Positions 8,588 through 18,322 of a DNA stretch of 64,000 nt are shown in pieces. Origin of the DNA: Longimicrobiales bacterium (GTDB lineage Bacteria > Gemmatimonadota > Gemmatimonadetes > Longimicrobiales > Gaopeijiaceae); NCBI GenBank assembly GCA_965219445.1, contig CBDCNQ010000005.1:896001-960000 (forward strand), given 5' to 3'. The notes below the pieces were generated by a model that was not told the DNA's origin, did not search any database, and saw nothing but the letters and a program-made list of their open reading frames with translations. How positions within the stretch are numbered: position 1 is the stretch's first letter; every line of letters starts with the position of its first letter. A program made the translations under genes and the position numbers.

Positions 8588-11167
8588 ATGCATGACGTCG
8601 CCCTCGATCTGCTGATCCTCCTGGCAGGCATCTGGCTGGTCGCGGTCACGCTGCGCCCGCTGGGGCTGCCCACGATCATGGGCGAGCTCATCGTCGGGGT
8701 GCTGGTGGGACCGGCTGTCTTCGGCCTCATCGAGCCCAGTCAGGCGATCACGCTCCTGGCCGAGATCGGGATCTTCTTCCTCATGTTCCACGCCGGTGTG
8801 GAGACCCAGCCCACCGAATTCTTCGGTGCTCTGAAGCGCTCGCTCGGGGTTGCTCTAGTGGGCGCGATCGTGCCGTTCGGGGTCAGCTTCGGCGTGGCGA
8901 CCGCGTTCGGACTGGATCCGGTAGGTGCCGTGTTCGTCGGTCTCACCATGACAGCCACAGCTGTGGTGATCACGTTGAAGACCCTCAAGGACCTGGGGCT
9001 AGCAGATACGCGGGTGGCCCGGGTGATCGTCGCGAGCTGCGTGATCGACGACCTGCTGACCCTGGTGTTCTTCGGCCTCGTGATCGGGGTGCTGTCGGGC
9101 GGGTCGTTCGAGCCCATGGACATCGTTGTCACGCTGGCGAAGGTAGTGGTCTTCTTCGGCCTGGCCGTGCTGCTCGGTCGGTTCGCGTACCCGCGCTTCA
9201 CGCTGCCCTTCCGAAGCGAGGGAGGCAAAGGCTTCACCTTCGTGCTGCTCGTGGCCATCGCCGCGGGCCTGTTCGCCGAAGCCATCGGGCTGCACATGAT
9301 CCTGGGGGCCTATCTGGCCGGCTTGTTCTTCGAGGAGAAGGTGGCGCACCCGAACCTGGTCCGGATCGTGGCGGATCGCTCCTACGGGATCGCCTACTCG
9401 TTCCTCGGACCGATCTTCTTCATGTCGCTGGGCTTCTCCATCACCTTCGACATCAGCCCTTCGGGCGTGGCGTTCCTGATACTGCTCACCGCGGCGGTGA
9501 TCGTCGGTCAGATCGCGAGCGCGGGGAGCATGGCGCTGCGCATGGGGTTGCCGGCGCGGGAAGCCCTTACCGTGGGTGTGGGCATGTGCGGGCGTGCCGA
9601 GTTGGCGATGATCCTCGCCGCGCTGGCTCTGGCCCAGGGCGCCATCGACCCGTCCATCTTCTCGGTGCTGATCTTCACCATGTTCGTTCTGAACCTGTTC
9701 ACGCCGCTCGCGCTGAAGGGCTGCTCGGTGCTGCTCGAGGGCAGGGCAGCGCGCCTCGAGGGGGGCGCCCTCGGCGTACTGCTTCCGGATAAGTTCAGCG
9801 CTCCTCCGCTAGTGGAGCCCTTCGAGGAACGGCTGCCCTTCGCGCTACCGAACGTGGACGGCGGTGTGGTGGTCTACGGATACGGGCCGGAGGTGGATTC
9901 CCTGCTGAGCGAGCTCGAGCGCCGCGGCACGGCTTCCGTCGTGATCGAGGAGGACGAAGCGGCGGCGCGCCGCCTCCACGGACACGGGCAGCAGGTGGTG
10001 CACGCCAGGCTGGCGGAACAGGAGTTGGACCTCCGACCACTGGCCCGCGCCCATGCCCTGGTCCTGAATGGTCAGGACGATGCCAACGCGCTGCTCGCGC
10101 TCAGCGCCCGCGAGGTGGGGTACAAAGGCCCGATCGTCGCGATGATCGAGGACCCTCGCCGACGCGCCCCGATGCTGCTGGCTGGGGTCAACGTCACGTT
10201 CGCCCCTACCCACGTGCTCGCCGCCGTCCTGAGCTCCCGGGCCAGCGCCAGGATCACCCCGCGGGTCACAGGAGTCCGGCCACTGAGCAGGCTCCTCGAG
10301 GTGGCGGAGCTACGGGTCCACGATGCCAGCCCACTGGCGGATACCACGCTTGCCGAAGTCGGGCTCCGCACCCGCACTGGGGCCAACGTCGTCGGGCAGT
10401 GGCGGGATGCGGCACTGCACCAGCCCCCGGCCGCGGATGAGACCATCCGCCCCGGCACGATCCTGGTCGTCGCGGGAACTCCGGAGAGCATCGAGAAGCT
10501 CAGCGAGCTGGCCCGGCCCATCATCGAGGAGGGAGTGATCGTGGTGATCGGTTTCGGGGACGTCGGGCGGAAGCTCGCGGAGATTCTCACCGCCGTGGAA
10601 GAGGAAGTGTACGTCGTCGATCCGGTGGAGCGCCTGGGTGTCCACGTAGTGGGTGACATCATCGACCCGGACGTGCTCGAGCGTGTGCCCCTCGCCGGGG
10701 CCCGGGTCGTCGTACTCGCGCTCGACACGGACAGCGCGACGGTCTTCGCCGCTACCGTACTCCGCGACTATGCTCCGGACCTGCCGATCATCGCTGGCGT
10801 CTTCTTGGCCGAGAACGTGGCGCGTATCCAGCGTGCCGGCGTGGACTACGCCCTCTCCGTGAGCCAGGTCGCGGGACAACTCCTCGCCCACCACGTCCTG
10901 GGAGAGACGGTGTCCCTTCAGCCTCGTATCAAGCTCGTGCGGGTCGGCGCAGGGCGGCTCGAAGGGAAGAACCCGGTGGCGGAGCGGATTCGGGAGCGCA
11001 CAGGCTGCACGGTTGTGGCGGTGGAGCGGGACGGCCAGGTCGCCATGGACTTCCCAGCTTCGCTCCGGCTCTCACCCGACGACGCGCTCTACATTTGTGG
11101 GACCACGGACGCGGTCGCACGCTACAATGAGGAGTTCCCGACATTCCCAACCGGCCTCCTCCCCTGA
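8588..11167 (+). CDS. Cation:proton antiporter (CPA2/Kef-like) with TrkA-N/TrkA-C domains
   Basis: GELIVGVLVGP, VIDD and GRAE membrane motifs, then two RCK pairs (GYGP, GFGDVG). Confidence 0.88.
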   Translation: MHDVALDLLILLAGIWLVAVTLRPLGLPTIMGELIVGVLVGPAVFGLIEPSQAITLLAEIGIFFLMFHAGVETQPTEFFGALKRSLGVALVGAIVPFGVSFGVATAFGLDPVGAVFVGLTMTATAVVITLKTLKDLGLADTRVARVIVASCVIDDLLTLVFFGLVIGVLSGGSFEPMDIVVTLAKVVVFFGLAVLLGRFAYPRFTLPFRSEGGKGFTFVLLVAIAAGLFAEAIGLHMILGAYLAGLFFEEKVAHPNLVRIVADRSYGIAYSFLGPIFFMSLGFSITFDISPSGVAFLILLTAAVIVGQIASAGSMALRMGLPAREALTVGVGMCGRAELAMILAALALAQGAIDPSIFSVLIFTMFVLNLFTPLALKGCSVLLEGRAARLEGGALGVLLPDKFSAPPLVEPFEERLPFALPNVDGGVVVYGYGPEVDSLLSELERRGTASVVIEEDEAAARRLHGHGQQVVHARLAEQELDLRPLARAHALVLNGQDDANALLALSAREVGYKGPIVAMIEDPRRRAPMLLAGVNVTFAPTHVLAAVLSSRASARITPRVTGVRPLSRLLEVAELRVHDASPLADTTLAEVGLRTRTGANVVGQWRDAALHQPPAADETIRPGTILVVAGTPESIEKLSELARPIIEEGVIVVIGFGDVGRKLAEILTAVEEEVYVVDPVERLGVHVVGDIIDPDVLERVPLAGARVVVLALDTDSATVFAATVLRDYAPDLPIIAGVFLAENVARIQRAGVDYALSVSQVAGQLLAHHVLGETVSLQPRIKLVRVGAGRLEGKNPVAERIRERTGCTVVAVERDGQVAMDFPASLRLSPDDALYICGTTDAVARYNEEFPTFPTGLLP

Positions 11168-11187
11168 CTGCCGCCCTCGCCCTGCGG

Positions 11188-12894
11188 CTAGTGGTAGAGG
11201 GCGCTGAAGCGCTCCCGCTGCTCCGCGCTGCCCAGGGCGACGAGCGTCGAGCCCTCAACTAGCCGCTGGTCGGGCGGCAGATTCGTGACGAATTGCCCGT
11301 CTTTCTGGACGCCGATCACGTTCAGGCCGGTGCGCGAGCCAATCCCGGCGTCGGCGAGCGTCTTGTCGGCGAGCGACTGCGGGAGCGGCACGTAGAAAAG
11401 CTCAACGCCCTCGCCCAGCACGATGAGCTCCCGTCCCTGCACGATCGAGTACACCGTCTGCACCCCTAAGGACGAGTAGCTCAAGACGAAGTCGGCGCCG
11501 GCGCGCTGGATGGCCTCGACGTTCCGCTCGTGCGTGACCCGGGTGAGGATACGCGCGTTGGGATTGAGCCGCCGGCAGTACACCGTCAAGTAGACGTTCA
11601 TCGCATCGTCGTGCGTCGTGAGCAGGATGCACGGTGTCTCGGCGATCCCCGCTGCGTCAAGTACGCGCCGGTCGGCGGCGTCGCCCAGAAACAACCGGCC
11701 GGGAATGCTCGCGATTTGCGGCTCCAGTTCCGGGTTGCGTTCCACCATATGCACGGGGATCTCCCGCCGCTTGAGGGCCGCAGCGGCGGCGCGCCCCACC
11801 TTGCCGCCGCCGACGATGAGCACCGGATTCGGATTGGCGTCGTATATCACGAGCACTTCGTCCAGCTCCGCGATCTGCTCGGGCGTGCCGATCGCGACCG
11901 GCACGCTGAGCGGCGAGAGTTCGAGATCCGGCGACGAGGGCAGGAACCGCCCACGCTCCCACACGCCGACGATCGTGGCCCCGGTAAACTCGCGCAACCG
12001 AGTGTCGCGAATGGTCTGGCCCTGGAACGGCGTGTTGTGCACCGGGAACTCGGCTAGCTGCAGGTGATGGAACTTGCCGATCACGTTGGCGCGCGACGTC
12101 CCCGCGCTCACCCGGTTGGCGAGGTGCTCGCCGAGTTGGTGGATGAGCGGCAGCACGTGCGTGGCGCCGCTGAGTTCCAGCACGTCGATCGAGTCTTCCA
12201 CTTCGGCCAGCGCGACGACGGGCACCGAATCGGACAGCTCGCGCACGGTGAGCACAATGTTGGAGTTGACCGTGTCCGATGCGTTGGCCAGGACGAGGCG
12301 AGCCCGTGCCGCTCCGGCGGCTCGATAGGTCTCGACGGAGTCGATCTCGCCTGTGAACACCGGCACGCCGACATCCTGCATGTGCATCGCAAGGTCGGCG
12401 TCAGGCTCGATCACATAGACCGGCACGTCCGCCAGTTGAAGGTGGCGGATGAGCCCTGGCGCAATGGGATCGTTGGCGCAAATCAGCACGTGACCCGCGA
12501 GACCTTCCGGCACCAACTGGAGCGAGCGGATGCGGCCGCGGCTCCGCTGCTCGAGCCACGGGGCGTACACAACTCGGATGAAGAGAAACGGGAGGATGAT
12601 AAGGAGCAGCACCATGCCGGTCAGCAGCACGAGGGTGCTGAATGCGCGGCCCAGGTCGCTCTCGAACGTGATATCACCGAAGCCGAGCGTGCTCATCACG
12701 GTGAGCGCCCAATAGACTCCCGTGAACCACGAGTGGTCCTGACCCTCCCCCGCCATGATCACTTGGAACAACCAACCGTAGAGCACAACGACCGCGACGA
12801 GGAGGACCACGTATTTTACGAACGGCGCAAGCTGCCGGCGCAGTTTGGTTTCCCCCGCGAGCAGCGTGGCCAGATGGGAGCCGATGGTCTTCAT
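11188..12894 (-). CDS. Potassium channel protein with TrkA-N/C domains
   Basis: TVMSTLGFGDI selectivity filter; GGGKVG RCK domain. Confidence 0.9.
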   Translation of the reverse strand: MKTIGSHLATLLAGETKLRRQLAPFVKYVVLLVAVVVLYGWLFQVIMAGEGQDHSWFTGVYWALTVMSTLGFGDITFESDLGRAFSTLVLLTGMVLLLIILPFLFIRVVYAPWLEQRSRGRIRSLQLVPEGLAGHVLICANDPIAPGLIRHLQLADVPVYVIEPDADLAMHMQDVGVPVFTGEIDSVETYRAAGAARARLVLANASDTVNSNIVLTVRELSDSVPVVALAEVEDSIDVLELSGATHVLPLIHQLGEHLANRVSAGTSRANVIGKFHHLQLAEFPVHNTPFQGQTIRDTRLREFTGATIVGVWERGRFLPSSPDLELSPLSVPVAIGTPEQIAELDEVLVIYDANPNPVLIVGGGKVGRAAAAALKRREIPVHMVERNPELEPQIASIPGRLFLGDAADRRVLDAAGIAETPCILLTTHDDAMNVYLTVYCRRLNPNARILTRVTHERNVEAIQRAGADFVLSYSSLGVQTVYSIVQGRELIVLGEGVELFYVPLPQSLADKTLADAGIGSRTGLNVIGVQKDGQFVTNLPPDQRLVEGSTLVALGSAEQRERFSALYH

Positions 12895-12909
12895 GCAGAT
12901 ATGTTAATA

Positions 12910-12945
12910 GCTGTAACGAACCCTGTAACAGCGCTGGCCAGCCTT
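12910..12945 (+). repeat. Family A left-arm remnant (12-bp period CTGTAAC)
   Basis: GCTGTAACGAACCCTGTAACAGCGCTGGCCAGC, same motif and spacing as 2735-2755. Confidence 0.5.
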
Positions 12946-12983
12946 TCGTGTATGTTACCTTCGAGCCTCGAGAAGGATTTACG

Positions 12984-15480
12984 ATGTCAAATCTCCACGG
13001 CCGGACTTCCATCGGTCGCCCGCGCCTTATCAGGGTGGCAATTAAACGGGCGCACGCGCCGCGTCAGTGGCGGCTGTCGCTGAGGCTACTTGCTCTCCTG
13101 CTCTTGCCCTCGGCATCTCTGGCTCAGGAGGGCGCGACCCTGGCCGGTCGTACGCTGGATGACGCCGCTAGCTCTCCCATCGGTCTGGCGACGGTGGTGG
13201 TGCAGAACGCGGAGTCCGGTGATACGCTCTCCGGTGCGCTCGCCCGCGAGGATGGCCGCTTCTTCGTTCGGGGTCTGGTACCGGGCCGATATACGATCCA
13301 CGTGTCATTCCCCGGCTTCTTCCCCGAGCAGGTCGATGTGCTCGTGTCCGAGCTCAATCCGTCGTACGACCTCGGCGACATACGCCTCCGCGGCTTGGGT
13401 AGCCTGGAAGAGGTCACAGTCACCGTAGAGGCGATCCGAGCAGCCGGGATCGACACGCAGGTGTTCCGGCTAGACGAAGGGGCGACTCAGTCGACTGGCT
13501 CGGTGCTCGATGCGTTGAGGAACCTCCCGGGAGTGACGGTCGACCAGGAAGGTAGGGTCTCACTTCGCGGCAGCGATCAGGTCGCCATCCTCATCGACGG
13601 CCGACAGTCGAGCCTGACGGGGTTCGGTAGTCAGCGCGGGCTCGACAACGTGGCCGCCGCCAACATCGAGGCCATCGAGATCATCAACAATCCATCGGCG
13701 AGCTTCGACGCTGCGGGTATGGCAGGGATCATCAACATCATCTACAGGCAGGATCGACAGTTGGGCCTCTCCGCCGACCTCAGCATGTCGCTTGGCCTCG
13801 GCCAGTTCACCAAGCAGCGGCCCGACCTTCCGACCGAGCTCGGCAGCTTTTCCAGGAACAGGAAGATCGTCCCCAGCCTGAGCCTGAGCTACAACACGGC
13901 GCGCGTGCAAGCCTTTGCTCAGGGTGAGCTCCTTCGGCAGGACGATCTACCGAACAACGAGTTCACGACGCGCTTCTACGACGATGGTCGCGTCATCGAG
14001 TCTCAGGTTCCCGAGAATCGCGAACAGACACACTACATCGTGAGGCTGGGCTCCGACCTCCTTCTCGGCAACGCAAACACGTTCACGGTCTCGGGGATCT
14101 ACGACGTCGAGTCCCACACCGATCGCGCACAGGTTCCATTCATCCTGGCCTCGACAGGTCAGCGCGAGCGCTACTGGTTCTGGACGGAGGAGGAGACCAC
14201 GGGCTTCGCCAACGCGACCCTCAACTGGAAGCGCGAGTTCCCCACGCCCGGACACGAGCTCGACGTCAATCTCCAGTACACGCGCGGCTGGGAAGACGAG
14301 GCCTATTTCCTCAACGAGGAGTCGAGCGTTCGGGTCGGCACGGACATGACTCACTTGGAGGCGGTCGAGAACACCCTGCCGCTGAGCATCGATTACACCC
14401 GTCCGCTGGCGAGCGGTCGGATCGAGCTCGGCACCAAGCTTCAACGGCGCTGGCTGCCGATCACGTACTTGGTGGACCGTGGTGTGCAGAGCGTAATCTA
14501 CGACGGTCTCGGCGACTACTCCGACTGGGAGGAGGACATCTTCGCGGCGTATGCCAATCTGGTGCGTGCAAGGCCCGCATACACGCTCGAGGCCGGGCTA
14601 CGGATTGAGCAGACCAACGTCTCCTACACGATTCCGGACGAGAACATCTACTACGCCGGTAGCGACGCGTACGACTACTTGGAGCTCTTCCCCAACGTCA
14701 AGATCACCTACGCGCTCGGTGGCGTCTATCGACTCGTCGCCGCCTACAATCGGCGCATCGACCGGCCCGGAGAGCCCGAGTTGCGCATCTTTCCGAAGTA
14801 CGACGATCCGGAGTTGCTGAAGGTCGGAAACCCGTTTCTCAGGCCGCAGCTGACCAACGTCTTCGAGCTCGGACTCGCACGCTCCTGGACCGGCGGATCT
14901 CTCAGCACGGCGCTATACCATCGGGACATCTCGGATGCGTTCCTGCGGATACTCGCGATCGACAGCTCGAACCTCAGCTATGACATCGTCAACCGGATCT
15001 ACGAGAACGTAGGCAACTCCAGGCAGACTGGAGTCGAGGTGATCCTGGAGCAGCAGATCGCCGGACCCTGGCGAGTATCGGGCAGCGTCAACTGGGTTCA
15101 CGAACGACATCGACGCGTTGGAGACAGTCCTGCTATTCCCGACGCCCCGCCCCTTCTCACTGGCCGCATCGAAGGACGACACGTGGGACTTCACGGTCAA
15201 CAACCGGATCCAGGTACCCGGGGCGGGGGAGGTCCAGTTGAGCTACATCTACTACGCCGCTCGCAACGTGCCTCAAGGAAGTGAGCGCGCGCGCTCCTCG
15301 TTGGACCTGGCCGCCACGTGGCCCCTCATGAACGAGCGTGCCGAGGTCGTGTTCACCTTCACCGATATGCTCAACGACTTCGCCGTTCAGCGTGACATCG
15401 ACGGTCAGGGCTTCACCGCGCTTTACGAGAACTTCTTGGAGACGCAAGTCGCCACGGTTGGGATGAGGGTTCGGTTCTGA
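12984..15480 (+). pseudogene. TonB-dependent receptor (outer-membrane beta-barrel), one +1 frameshift near 15095
   Basis: CarboxypepD-like N-terminus, plug (LPGVTVD...IEIINNPSA..DAAG), GNPFLRP; removing one G from TGGG at 15093-15096 joins the frame ending VRF. Confidence 0.85.
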
Positions 15481-15516
15481 GAGTTCGCCGTGGAGGGGGC
15501 GGGAAGTATGAGCAAC

Positions 15517-15562
15517 GCGGTGAAACCCCCCTAATTCCAGCGCTCACGAGCGCCCTGAGCGG
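15517..15562 (+). repeat. Family A arm remnant without tRNA core
   Basis: GGTGAAACCCCCCTAATTCCAGCGCTCACGAGCGCCC matches ~5928-5965. Confidence 0.7.
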
Positions 15563-15734
15563 CAGCGTCAAGGTCAAGGAAACTTCCCCCTGCGTGACAG
15601 AGGGAGACGCTCGCCAATGCGAGGCGAAGAAGCCAGGGTGCATGACCTGCAATCTCGACAACGAATCCACTGGAGCCTTCTGGTTTTAGTCTATGGTGTG
15701 AGGATCTGACGTCGCACGATTTCGACGCTTGGCG

Positions 15735-16211
15735 TCACCTCAGTTTGGCAATGTCGAGTCGCTCCCTCAGACGCTCGAGGAGCTGAGTCAGGGTCCGCGC
15801 CTCTTCGTTCGTGAGGGCCTTTGCCGTCCGTCGGTTCATCTCCTCAGTCGGCTGGTCCATCTCAGCGAGCAGGCTGAGCCCCTCCTGAGTGATGGCGATA
15901 TCTACGCGTCGCCGGTCCTCCTCGTTCGGCTGGCGGCTCACCAACCCCCGCTTGCGGAGCTTCTCCACGAGGCGGGTCGCGTTCGCGGTTCGGTTCAGCA
16001 TCCGTTCTTGCACTTCGCACAGGTTGTACGTGCTCCCGCGATTGCCGCGAAGGATCCTCAGGATGTTGTACTGCTCATTCGAGATATCGAATTCCTTGAG
16101 CTGCTCTTGAAAGACCCGATACAGCCAGTGGCTGGTGAAGTGCAGGTTCAGCACGGCTTCCGTGTGCGCGTCCGGGAACTCCGCCTGTTTGATCTCATCG
16201 GAAAGCTTCAT
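15735..16211 (-). CDS. MarR-family transcriptional regulator
   Basis: QYNILRILRG, ATRLVEKL, EDRRRVDIAITQEG. Confidence 0.9.
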   Translation of the reverse strand: MKLSDEIKQAEFPDAHTEAVLNLHFTSHWLYRVFQEQLKEFDISNEQYNILRILRGNRGSTYNLCEVQERMLNRTANATRLVEKLRKRGLVSRQPNEEDRRRVDIAITQEGLSLLAEMDQPTEEMNRRTAKALTNEEARTLTQLLERLRERLDIAKLR

Positions 16212-16342
16212 GGCTTCACCAGTTTCGTTCGGACCACTTGACAATCGTCGATCACACAATGAATGTGTATTCAATAAATGAATAGTCGTATTATTTTCGG
16301 CTCGGGTCAAGTGAGGTCACTCACGGCCTTCGAGCCTACTAA

Positions 16343-17224
16343 ATGGAGGTATCGATCATGTCCGACAGCCGATTGGTGCTGGTGACCGGGGCCACAGGGC
16401 AGCAAGGGGGATCGGTTGCACGCCTACTCCTCGAGCGCGGATTCCGCGTCCGGGGAATCACGCGTGACATTGAATCCGATGCCGCTAAGCAACTCACCGG
16501 GCTGGGTGCTGAGATGGTGCGTGCGGAGTTCACCGACGCGGGGTCCCTCAACGCGGCGCTGGAGGGTGTGGATGCGGTCTTTGCGATGACCACGCCGTTC
16601 GAGGCGGGCGTCGATGCCGAGACGGCCCAGGGTGTGGCGCTCGTCGACGCGGCCGCCGCCGCAGGGGTGGACCACTTCGTATACAGCTCAGTCGCCTCGG
16701 CCGACAAAGCTACCGGAGTCCCTCATTTTGACAGCAAGTACGGGGTCGAGAAACATCTCGCGGCGAGCGATCTCCGCTGGTCCGTCATCGCTCCGGTATA
16801 CTTCATGGACAACCTGTTTTTCCCCGACATGCTCAACGTCCTCAAGGACGGCACATACGCGATCGCGCTCCCGGCGGACCTCCGGTTACAGCAGATCGCC
16901 ACCGAGGACATCGGTGCGTTTGCCGCTCATGTTCTGGCCAACCCAGAGGAGTTTGCCGGGAAGAGGATCGACATAGCGGGCGACGAGCTCTCTTCGCGGG
17001 AGTCGGCAGACGTGCTGGCCGGCATCCTGGGCAGGCCGATCTCCGTGGTCGAGGTGCCGATCGATGGGATTCGGTCCTTCAGCGAAGACCTCGCCCTCAT
17101 GTACGAGTGGTTCGTCAGCGTCGGATACGAGGCAGACATCGACCGACTCCGCTCGTCCTATCCTGAAGTAGGCTGGACCCGGTTCGCGGAGTGGGCGACA
17201 CGGATACCGGCAGCGCTCGCTTGA
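16343..17224 (+). CDS. NmrA/HSCARG family NAD(P)-binding protein
   Basis: VTGATGQQGGSV, HFVYSSV, VPHFDSK; divergent from MarR. Confidence 0.9.
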   Translation: MEVSIMSDSRLVLVTGATGQQGGSVARLLLERGFRVRGITRDIESDAAKQLTGLGAEMVRAEFTDAGSLNAALEGVDAVFAMTTPFEAGVDAETAQGVALVDAAAAAGVDHFVYSSVASADKATGVPHFDSKYGVEKHLAASDLRWSVIAPVYFMDNLFFPDMLNVLKDGTYAIALPADLRLQQIATEDIGAFAAHVLANPEEFAGKRIDIAGDELSSRESADVLAGILGRPISVVEVPIDGIRSFSEDLALMYEWFVSVGYEADIDRLRSSYPEVGWTRFAEWATRIPAALA

Positions 17225-17479
17225 TCGCGACGCGTAGGCGAGGCGAGTGCGGGGTGACGTTCGTTGACTCTGACCGCTGACGAAGCCCCGCCAAGATGTC
17301 GGACAGGAGACACTGCACCGGGAATGCCCACCGACTCGCTCGCCGATCTCAGCTCACTTATCATCGTGACATGACTCATGGCCTCGATACCATGCAAGAT
17401 CATTCGGCGGTAAGCGAAGAGTAGACTGCTGGAAGCGAACGTTCGTATAGCGGGGCACCGCGACCTCAACTAGGGCCAC

Positions 17480-17926
17480 ATGAAACTGAACGTTCTTCCA
17501 CCAGTATATTTTCTCGGTTCCCTGATCGCGATGAGTGTACTTCATTTCGTCGTGCCGCTTTACCGCTACTGGACGTTTCCCGCCGCGCTCTTCGGTACAC
17601 TTCCATTAGCGCTCGGCGTCTTTCTGAACGTCGTGGCCGATCGGCAATTCCAACGAAACCACACCACCGTCAAGCCGTTCGAACAATCCTCCACGTTGGT
17701 GACCTCGTTTCCTTTCTCGGTTACCCGCAACCCTATGTACGTTGGCGTGACTCTGATGCTTCTTGGTGTCGCAATGTTGCTGGGAACGGCAACCTCGCTG
17801 GTTCCCGCGTTCGTGTTTCCGGTTCTTATGCATCGTTTGTTCGTTCGAGCAGAGGAGGCAATGTTGGCGGAGGCCTTCGGCGATGACTGGGGAGAATACA
17901 GGGGTTCAGTCAGAAGGTGGATATGA
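17480..17926 (+). CDS. Isoprenylcysteine carboxyl methyltransferase (ICMT/PEMT) family protein
   Basis: RNPMYVG, EEAML..FG..Y..VRRWI. Confidence 0.85.
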   Translation: MKLNVLPPVYFLGSLIAMSVLHFVVPLYRYWTFPAALFGTLPLALGVFLNVVADRQFQRNHTTVKPFEQSSTLVTSFPFSVTRNPMYVGVTLMLLGVAMLLGTATSLVPAFVFPVLMHRLFVRAEEAMLAEAFGDDWGEYRGSVRRWI

Positions 17927-18235
17927 ACGCTGAGCCACTCATCGTTGGGGGCGATATCGTGATCTCGACTCTTGGAGTTCCGGTGGTAACCCCGAACGCA
18001 TACGAGTTGTAGAACGCTGCCCTTCGACGCTCCGTTCCGGAGAATCAAATCTTGCTCCGCGTGCCACGTGGTGGAACGCAACCCGACCAAGTGATGGGAC
18101 CCCAACTGGGACCCCAAACTCCCGGAAACTGGTCGAATCTCGGGAGTACTCGCGAGAACAACCGACCCCCTAACACCCTAACTCGCCATAACTTAGACGA
18201 CCTTAAGGGCACTCTGCGTATATGATGCTATCGAT

Positions 18236-18277
18236 CTTTTAATCCGTAGGTCGTGGGTTCGAGACCCACCCGGCTCA
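18236..18277 (+). tRNA. tRNA-Lys(TTT) 3'-half fragment (att core)
   Basis: CTTTTAATCCGTAGGTCGTGGGTTCGAGACCCACCCGGCTCA; no 5' half upstream. Confidence 0.85.
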
Positions 18278-18280
18278 TTG

Positions 18281-18318
18281 GCCGGAGGTCCAGGCAGTAT
18301 CTGGGCTTCCGGCTTTTT
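18281..18318 (+). terminator. Rho-independent terminator-like hairpin (intron target)
   Basis: GCCGGAGGTCCAG...CTGGGCTTCCGGC followed by TTTTT. Confidence 0.75.
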
Positions 18319-18322
18319 GGTG

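Larger units (their letters stand above)
18096..18318 (+). repeat. att-like repeat family B, copy 1 (arm repeats + tRNA-Lys 3' half + terminator)
   Basis: Tandem 12-mer GGGACCCCAA(C/A), ~135-bp conserved arm, tRNA fragment, hairpin. Confidence 0.8.

Noticed and set aside
12901..12930. PhoB/OmpR-type box in the divergent promoter
   Set aside because: The spacing is 12 bp rather than 10-11 and matches the family A arm motif; a regulatory role is not excluded.
17400..17975. Classical integron attC sites around the ICMT gene
   Set aside because: No convincing paired RYYYAAC/GTTRRRY boxes and no IntI in the window.
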